A stretch of 63,951 bases of DNA, the filler included, from Globobulimina sp. (taxonomy: Eukaryota), in assembly GCA_003354225.1 (NCBI GenBank). It is 6 parts of 6 records of this genome, joined end to end, with 100 filler letters (N's around TTAATTAATTAA, not from the genome) between each part and the next. Parts side by side here need not be neighbours in the genome. Positions count along the whole stretch, not along the records: positions 53,917 to 63,951 come from PIVH01000030.1; 5 more parts are not named here. The stretch is one strand, 5' to 3'. The notes beneath the pieces are model-generated. The model worked only from the letters and a program-made list of their open reading frames with translations. It was not told the origin of the DNA and did no database searches. Below, piece after piece: positions 58,601-63,951 of the stretch (position 1 is its first letter; each line of letters opens with the position of its first letter). The translations under genes were made by a program, and so were the position numbers.

Positions 58601-58815
58601 AGATCTCACCCAAAATGCCGAAATATGTCAAACCAAGAAGCAGAGCGGCGGAATCATTTCATGTCAATATCCAAAATGATAAATTACAGAAATCTGCCAA
58701 TCAAAATAATAAAACACATTTATTGCCATTTAAAAATAAACGACAAAAGAGACAAGACAGAAATCCAAAAAAACGCTCTTCCAAAATTCCAGTTAAACGC
58801 CGACAAAACAAATGA
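55696..58815 (+). CDS. LINE ORF1 (gag-like) with CCHC knuckle
   Basis: CIKCGFWGHFINQC followed by CICCHKSRH; basic tail. Likely start MLPNDY at 55696; the frame is open from 55411. Confidence 0.8.
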   Translation: MLPNDYDNQAKVNHIKNNTNNRPQPTGIQKNDIITVKIQLQQSRFQRDTIPIHKQKVFHINDKFNATNDESILVTFTDVVTAPKIPPVWHNVEASYNINVIKKNGVLYYKQDWEHYYDEKENKNDPGHIKPAMPPSTPNTYTRGDTFFPAMLVRHPDSLKSNQYPLPRRPRSNQRRREKKKRNPEKKQPNKKAEIIADQIKNIKRTNSCIDYEIKNDEIWDKRIEKIDLEKEAANLNDFKELWRLENDCNISNVQVSSNSLNIYSPTYKFQNLISGKNPDFHKAIQIIYQNANTEHPIHRLVIRHLIPSTIILNDKRMLHLDPIIGSTTESILMDLDWDIPFPRFEYNDIEINYIKKSLIWRPVNMCLFNIPLTILNNNSLPRIITDTIKNNIHSTFILYTIQRAMQSDYDMTKIDYVPLLIELIKPYEIKFERLKLAQIELEKQRSRPSPMNEDVNNKPEALSDDSANSELWFDELTNEIHTQCDDIVKLIKKYAVKAEDVKFTNIIKNRQWCKNILYQMSNETGCELEMPRWVDPISWKRMIDFVAADDCVQSIDKAFKSDLLYDNKPVFITPVTMKGINPKLIIGDESLNCPAMKFTFGATDKYMLLLRTNLYSEFVATAPTCVCGKKFTVHFKCPEQANYVKKRINAIKQRCKKGKITHKQAEIEIHRILSVKCIKCGFWGHFINQCKCEEPSCICCHKSRHIRTLNILVCSDSYNLVKLFENLDTIIMHWKDVDFGKIDHFKLIHCLLSNELTLSDLYKEIKSKPSNQIALKPNNQNKDHKNANYCDAAHHNEREQITKARDTNKNNNNSAPLRTDVLLKSDILSPADELLLNHGLVAEDFNNSPAQNIEFDEAKFIELPAEETVTEKQSKSTNQNIPTTPNPYIDDKLLAAIQNELLSSAQNQDISDNFAHLTTNNQPITTNNTPLSDAEMYSFDEEPQTDTNNNNVQKPRKPQPNQVLHSVQISPKMPKYVKPRSRAAESFHVNIQNDKLQKSANQNNKTHLLPFKNKRQKRQDRNPKKRSSKIPVKRRQNK

Positions 58816-59232
58816 TTAAAAAGTATTTAATTTTTAAACAGAAGTTTGCAACCAACCAAGACCCGATTTGTAGTATATATAATAATTTATTCTATTCCCC
58901 TTTAATTATCTACTTAATTTTCTTAGTTTTTTACTTAAATTTGTGTATACTGTGCCTTTCTTTTAATTATGTGATTGATAGTAATAAAGCCAGAGACCAT
59001 TTTATTTTTACGGATTTGCAATATGAAATTTTATTTCAGTGCAATCCGATTACAATAATAAAATACTCTACTTTCCCATTTGTTTTTTCTTTTAAGCCCC
59101 CCACAATTCTGTATAGCACATTAATAATTCAATTACAAATCTGTGACTATTATGGCACTGACTATAGATACAAAAGTCCTATACAAAGCAAACAAAAACC
59201 CTCTTACTTAAGTCTTGAAACTAAAAACGAAA

Positions 59233-62200
59233 ATGGTAAAATATAATATATTACAATATAATGTGAATGGGATCATTAGCCCTACAAATATGTCCCAAGA
59301 AGATAAATGCCGTAAAATCAACCAAATCCTGGATGCAAAACAAATTGATTTCCTATTGCTCCAAGAATGGAGTGCCACTTTGAGATATGCACTATGTCCA
59401 AATGACTCCAAATATATAGATAGTAACAACAAATCTCACTCAATAAATTTCCCAATCCAATTTTTCCCCAAATACAAAGTTCATTTCACTGGCACAGAAA
59501 CAGCAGTGCTATATAGAAACACCTTGATAGTAACTCCGATAAAATCGCCTCCAAATTATAACCATAACATCCGTACAAAAAACTGCCATATAACCAGTGT
59601 AATATTGCACTGTGGAGACCAGGACATAGGAATCCATTCATTATATAATTGTCCTAGGAATCCAAATATAGACCAATTATTTGACTATCCTCTAAATGTT
59701 GATAAGAATATAATTGCTGGCGATTTTAATGTCCGAAATATAATATGGGGCAGTAACCAATCCACAAATGAGTCAAATAACTTTGTTGATGGCCTGAACC
59801 ATATTGGCCTACAAATTCTAAACATAACAAATCCGTCATATACTCATATCCATAAATCCTATCAAACCAAATCCGCAATTGATCTGACATTGATATCCAA
59901 TAACCTGAAACATATAAGTTGGTCAATTCTCCATTCCATGTATGATCCAAATTGTTCAGACCACATTCCCATTGCAACCACCTTTGAAGTTGAGAATGTT
60001 TTTGGATTCAGTGAAACAAAAAAAACGTGGAACCTATCTAATAATTATAAATGGACAAAATACTCAGAAAACTTAGATATAAACATAAAAGATACAGTGT
60101 TTGATAATGATCCGAATGCATATACTGAGCAGCTTACGTTCCTCATACTATACACTGCAGAACAATCCATTGGATATAAATATTATTACCGTGGCCATAA
60201 ACCATGGTGGAACAATAAGATCAAAAAACTAAAAAAAAGATGTAAACGTTTCCGCCGCAGAATTCAGAGAATGAAACGGAAAGCAAAGCGGCACCACACG
60301 GACTTTCACCTTTATCCTAAATATAAGCGACTAAGAAAGGAATTGAATGCATTGCAATCTGCTAAACTAAGAGTAATACAATCCGCCAAATCCAAATATA
60401 ATGCCAAGATAAATAAATATATACAAAATTGCAAAGACTATGGCCGCCGTTTCTGGCGTACCATCTCAAACAATAAAACAAATGATATAAACACTAATAA
60501 TATTCCCCCATTAAACTTTAAAAATAAAACTAATATAATTAACCCCCACAAACAGGCGAAGGCATTGCAAGAGGCAATGACAAGACCGCCAAAACCAAAA
60601 GCGAGTCCTAAACATAATGAATGGCACAAATATATTGATTCCTTCGTCCCCAAATACCTTAAAAAACATAGAGAATCACCGATAAATGATGTGAATGATA
60701 TACATAATATTAAAATTGACAAAATAAAACAAAATAATGACTCTAAAATCAGAGATCCCTCACAGATTAACATAAATATACCAATACCAAATAATGAATA
60801 CAAAATATTGAATGACCCAATACTAAAATATGAAATCCGATCTGTAATAAAAAATCTAGATACGCATAAAGCGTATGGTCCCGATAGAATCCATAACCAA
60901 ATGATAAAGCATGGAGGTGAATCCCTCATTGACTGCCTCGTCCCTCTGTTCAATAAATGTATGACGAATGGAGTATTTCCTAATTATTGGAATTTCTCCC
61001 ACTTACTACCAATTCCAAAACCTAAAAAGGACCACAGCAATCCCAAGAACTACAGACCCATTGCAGTATCTTCGTGCCTAGGTAGAGTTTTTGAAAAAGT
61101 TTTAGCAAATAGACTCCAACACTTTTGTGTGACAAATAAAATATTTGATAACCACCAATGTGGTTTCCAAATAAATCGCTGTTGTGACGATGTGTTAACA
61201 ACTTTTATAACTGACATACAAACTTCTTTTGATATGGTCAGTGACACGGATGTTGTTTTCACGGATTTTGCAAAGGCGTATGACAGTGTGTGGCATAATG
61301 GATTATTATATAAATTGATTAAAAATAACATAAAAGGAAATATGCTGAATGTTCTAGCATCATTTATCCAAACTCGATATACAAAAGTCATTGCAAAAAA
61401 GGCTGAATCCAATTGGGTTGCTCAACCGATTGGAGTCCCACAAGGCTCTGCATTATCGCCTATCCTTTACATCCTTTTCACAAATGATTTCCGAATTAAA
61501 TATCCTAATTTTATCCACTTTGCATGCTTTGCAGATGATACTGCATTTTGGACGAGCCCTGGCTCAAAAGACCCACTCCGATATAAATTCCTCCAGAAAG
61601 AAATAAATAATTTTGGTGACTGGTGCGAGAAATGGCAGTTAATGATAAATCCATCAAAATGCCTTTCAATGAACTTCTCCCACGGAAATCCAATCAAATT
61701 CTATCCAAAATATAAAGATAAAATTGATCCAATTACTAATAAAAAAAGCCAAATAAGTAAATATTGTATACAATCTTCCCCAATAAAATACGAAAAAACA
61801 GCTAGATATCTGGGTCTATGGTTTGATGAACGCCTTAATTTCCACGCGCATTTCGCCAAAATAAGAGCAAAATCCATGCGCAGTTATTGGAGGTTGTTTT
61901 TTACCATGAAATCAGGCGTAAAATTAACCCCTCATTCAATAGCAATCCTATATAAATCCTTGGCGCGATCTAGAATAGAATATGGATTGTCCCACTATTT
62001 CCCCTATGACTCCAAAAACTTATTAAAAGTCCTCCAAAATAAATTCCTCCGATTAGCAATTCCATGCCGGTTAGACTCACCAATGGATGTCATCCAATTC
62101 CTTCTAAAAATAGAACCAATACAATACAGGGCCCATTACCTAACAATGAGGCAATTGGCCAGAGTTTATTATAATGATTCATATCACCCATTAAATAAAA

Positions 62201-63549
62201 CGTATAGAACCCTAAATAAATATAAACAAACAATACAATCCCACCAATATCGAAAACCGAATAAAAAAACACCAAATAAATTAATAAATCTCGATAAAAA
62301 TCCCTTAATCATAGCATCCAAATATTGTGAATTAAACAATGAAATTAAAGCATTATCACAGAACTTTGATAAAATGAATAAAATTCAGGTGACATCCTCT
62401 CCTGCATACAATTTAAAATCATTACCAATAAACTTTGATGTCATACTCTCTCCGGCAAATCCAACCATTCCTATTGATGACAAAATAACCATTGCCTTTA
62501 CAGATGGTTCCTGTGACCCAAATCCAGGTAAAGGTGGTGCTGCGGCCTACATTCCTTCCCAACCATCGCATAGATATCCATTTAAACAAATTTATTACTT
62601 TAAAATACCAGTAACAATAACTACAGCGGAGATAGAGGCTGTACATATAATTCTAAATCATATATTGAATAATAATAAAAATACAGACATCCATTATAAA
62701 ATTTACATCGATAATCTTCCTCTCCTCCAATTTATTAATGGACAAAACTTCCCTAAATATAATGATACAAAATTATTAATTGAGAATATTTTTATAAAAT
62801 TACTACAAATAATGCAAATAAATCCAAATGTTTTTATTTCATTTATTAAAATAAAGTCACATAATAATAATATATTTAATGATGAGGCTGATCGCATGGC
62901 CAATTTTGCAGCAAAGCATGCGAAATATGACCAAACATTATTCAACCAAATATCGTACAATACCACAATAACACAGCTACATAAACAAATCCATTTCCAT
63001 TGGAGTAAACAATGGAAGAATAGAAATACCAAACCTAACCAAGACAGCTACAGAATGTACCAAATGAACCCAACACTCCATGGCAAATTCAGTAAAATAA
63101 TTAAATATCTAAATAAAGACGAAACTGCTATGATGAATAGAATTATTTCTGGACACATTGAATTAAATGCTTTTTTGTTCAAACATAAATATAAAGACAC
63201 CGATAAATGTGATATAATCTCTCCAAATTGCCAGCAATGCAAAACTAATAAAATTGAATCAATTTATCATTATTTCATTAAATGCCCAGAGTATAGCCAC
63301 CAGCGTCGACGAATGATTGCATCTCTTCGTAATACCTGGATAGGATTCCGTGATGGCAATGGAATTAGTTTGAATGACCTATTCTTTCCATACACAATCA
63401 GAAAACCTCCAGACATTGACAGAGAGCTAAATGTGATGACGCAAGTAGAAATATGGAAAAACCTTCTTCAGTTCGTAAAAGAAACAAAAAGATTTAACTA
63501 CCTATACCAAGTGGACCTAGCAAACCTATCACCAATCCTATTGGATTAA
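59233..63549 (+). CDS. LINE ORF2: APE endonuclease, RT, RNase H, zinc finger
   Basis: QYNVNG, LLQE, AGDFN, IDLTL, SDHIPI; YRPIAV, DFAKAYD, GVPQGS, FADD, YLG; FTDGS, AEIEA, IDN, KSH...NDEAD; CQQC...HYFIKC. Confidence 0.97.
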   Translation: MVKYNILQYNVNGIISPTNMSQEDKCRKINQILDAKQIDFLLLQEWSATLRYALCPNDSKYIDSNNKSHSINFPIQFFPKYKVHFTGTETAVLYRNTLIVTPIKSPPNYNHNIRTKNCHITSVILHCGDQDIGIHSLYNCPRNPNIDQLFDYPLNVDKNIIAGDFNVRNIIWGSNQSTNESNNFVDGLNHIGLQILNITNPSYTHIHKSYQTKSAIDLTLISNNLKHISWSILHSMYDPNCSDHIPIATTFEVENVFGFSETKKTWNLSNNYKWTKYSENLDINIKDTVFDNDPNAYTEQLTFLILYTAEQSIGYKYYYRGHKPWWNNKIKKLKKRCKRFRRRIQRMKRKAKRHHTDFHLYPKYKRLRKELNALQSAKLRVIQSAKSKYNAKINKYIQNCKDYGRRFWRTISNNKTNDINTNNIPPLNFKNKTNIINPHKQAKALQEAMTRPPKPKASPKHNEWHKYIDSFVPKYLKKHRESPINDVNDIHNIKIDKIKQNNDSKIRDPSQININIPIPNNEYKILNDPILKYEIRSVIKNLDTHKAYGPDRIHNQMIKHGGESLIDCLVPLFNKCMTNGVFPNYWNFSHLLPIPKPKKDHSNPKNYRPIAVSSCLGRVFEKVLANRLQHFCVTNKIFDNHQCGFQINRCCDDVLTTFITDIQTSFDMVSDTDVVFTDFAKAYDSVWHNGLLYKLIKNNIKGNMLNVLASFIQTRYTKVIAKKAESNWVAQPIGVPQGSALSPILYILFTNDFRIKYPNFIHFACFADDTAFWTSPGSKDPLRYKFLQKEINNFGDWCEKWQLMINPSKCLSMNFSHGNPIKFYPKYKDKIDPITNKKSQISKYCIQSSPIKYEKTARYLGLWFDERLNFHAHFAKIRAKSMRSYWRLFFTMKSGVKLTPHSIAILYKSLARSRIEYGLSHYFPYDSKNLLKVLQNKFLRLAIPCRLDSPMDVIQFLLKIEPIQYRAHYLTMRQLARVYYNDSYHPLNKTYRTLNKYKQTIQSHQYRKPNKKTPNKLINLDKNPLIIASKYCELNNEIKALSQNFDKMNKIQVTSSPAYNLKSLPINFDVILSPANPTIPIDDKITIAFTDGSCDPNPGKGGAAAYIPSQPSHRYPFKQIYYFKIPVTITTAEIEAVHIILNHILNNNKNTDIHYKIYIDNLPLLQFINGQNFPKYNDTKLLIENIFIKLLQIMQINPNVFISFIKIKSHNNNIFNDEADRMANFAAKHAKYDQTLFNQISYNTTITQLHKQIHFHWSKQWKNRNTKPNQDSYRMYQMNPTLHGKFSKIIKYLNKDETAMMNRIISGHIELNAFLFKHKYKDTDKCDIISPNCQQCKTNKIESIYHYFIKCPEYSHQRRRMIASLRNTWIGFRDGNGISLNDLFFPYTIRKPPDIDRELNVMTQVEIWKNLLQFVKETKRFNYLYQVDLANLSPILLD

Positions 63550-63694
63550 TGGTAAACTATATATATCTCTGATATATTAGTTTCAAATATTTTTATTTAC
63601 CTTTGTTCATTGGCTTCGCCCCCAAATAAAAGGGCCTGTATCCTTGTATTGTTTATACTATTTATTAGTGTTCCTTGCTTGTGTATTAGGTGAA

Positions 63695-63725
63695 ATCTTT
63701 AATTGATTTCTTAGTGTTTTGAAGA
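63695..63725. repeat. Dispersed motif copy 3
   Basis: 30/31 identical to 5781-5811; inverted relative to 55363-55383. Confidence 0.9.
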
Positions 63726-63951
63726 AAATTGATTTCCTTTTAATACGGATTCAATGCGTAATCTGCTTTCCGCGAAATATGGAGATTAATTTCTACGCAA
63801 AAACATGTCAAAAAAAACTCAACCTTCAGTCAAGATATCCTTGCAACAGAGAGTTTTTGCTGAATTATCCTTGCACAATTTTAAACAGAAAATGATAGAA
63901 AAAACCAAGACATAACGAGAGCTAATAAGTCACATTTGTTGTTAGCAAATC

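Larger units (their letters stand above)
55385..63640 (+). mobile_element. Apparently full-length non-LTR retrotransposon (LINE, I-group-like, with RNase H)
   Basis: ORF1 with zinc knuckle and an uninterrupted ORF2; AATAAA at 63625. Ends are approximate and no TSD was found. Confidence 0.9.

Noticed and set aside
58812-59246. 144-aa hydrophobic ORF as an env-like third LINE gene
   Set aside because: Its composition is explained by a T-rich spacer and it has no motif; the ATGA overlap alone is insufficient.

Overview
This window is not one locus. It is six contigs of about 10-11 kb joined by artificial N44-TTAATTAATTAA-N44 spacers: 1-10944, 11045-21978, 22079-32943, 33044-43250, 43351-53816 and 53917-63951. 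Five contigs are AT-rich eukaryotic DNA, with short GT-AG introns, IFT56, a 7TM-RGS gene, a mitochondrial carrier, leishmanolysin and several frameshifted genes. The gene content suggests a protist, possibly a foraminiferan or other rhizarian (inference). One contig (11045-21978) is a bacteriophage neck/tail module. Three mobile elements dominate. (1) A putative giant (>=9.8 kb) Mutator/MULE element with a tandem-repeat terminus, next to an RPA70-like OB fold, a spliced J-domain/RRM gene and a P-loop helicase-like ORF that the ORF track missed. (2) A tyrosine-recombinase (DIRS/Ngaro-like) retrotransposon whose gag appears to contain a spliceosomal intron, and whose gag, RT and YR frames each have a candidate splice acceptor in the same phase. 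(3) An apparently intact APE-RT-RNaseH LINE bracketed by a perfect 21-bp inverted motif that recurs on another contig. All family calls come from motif recognition by eye; no searches were run.
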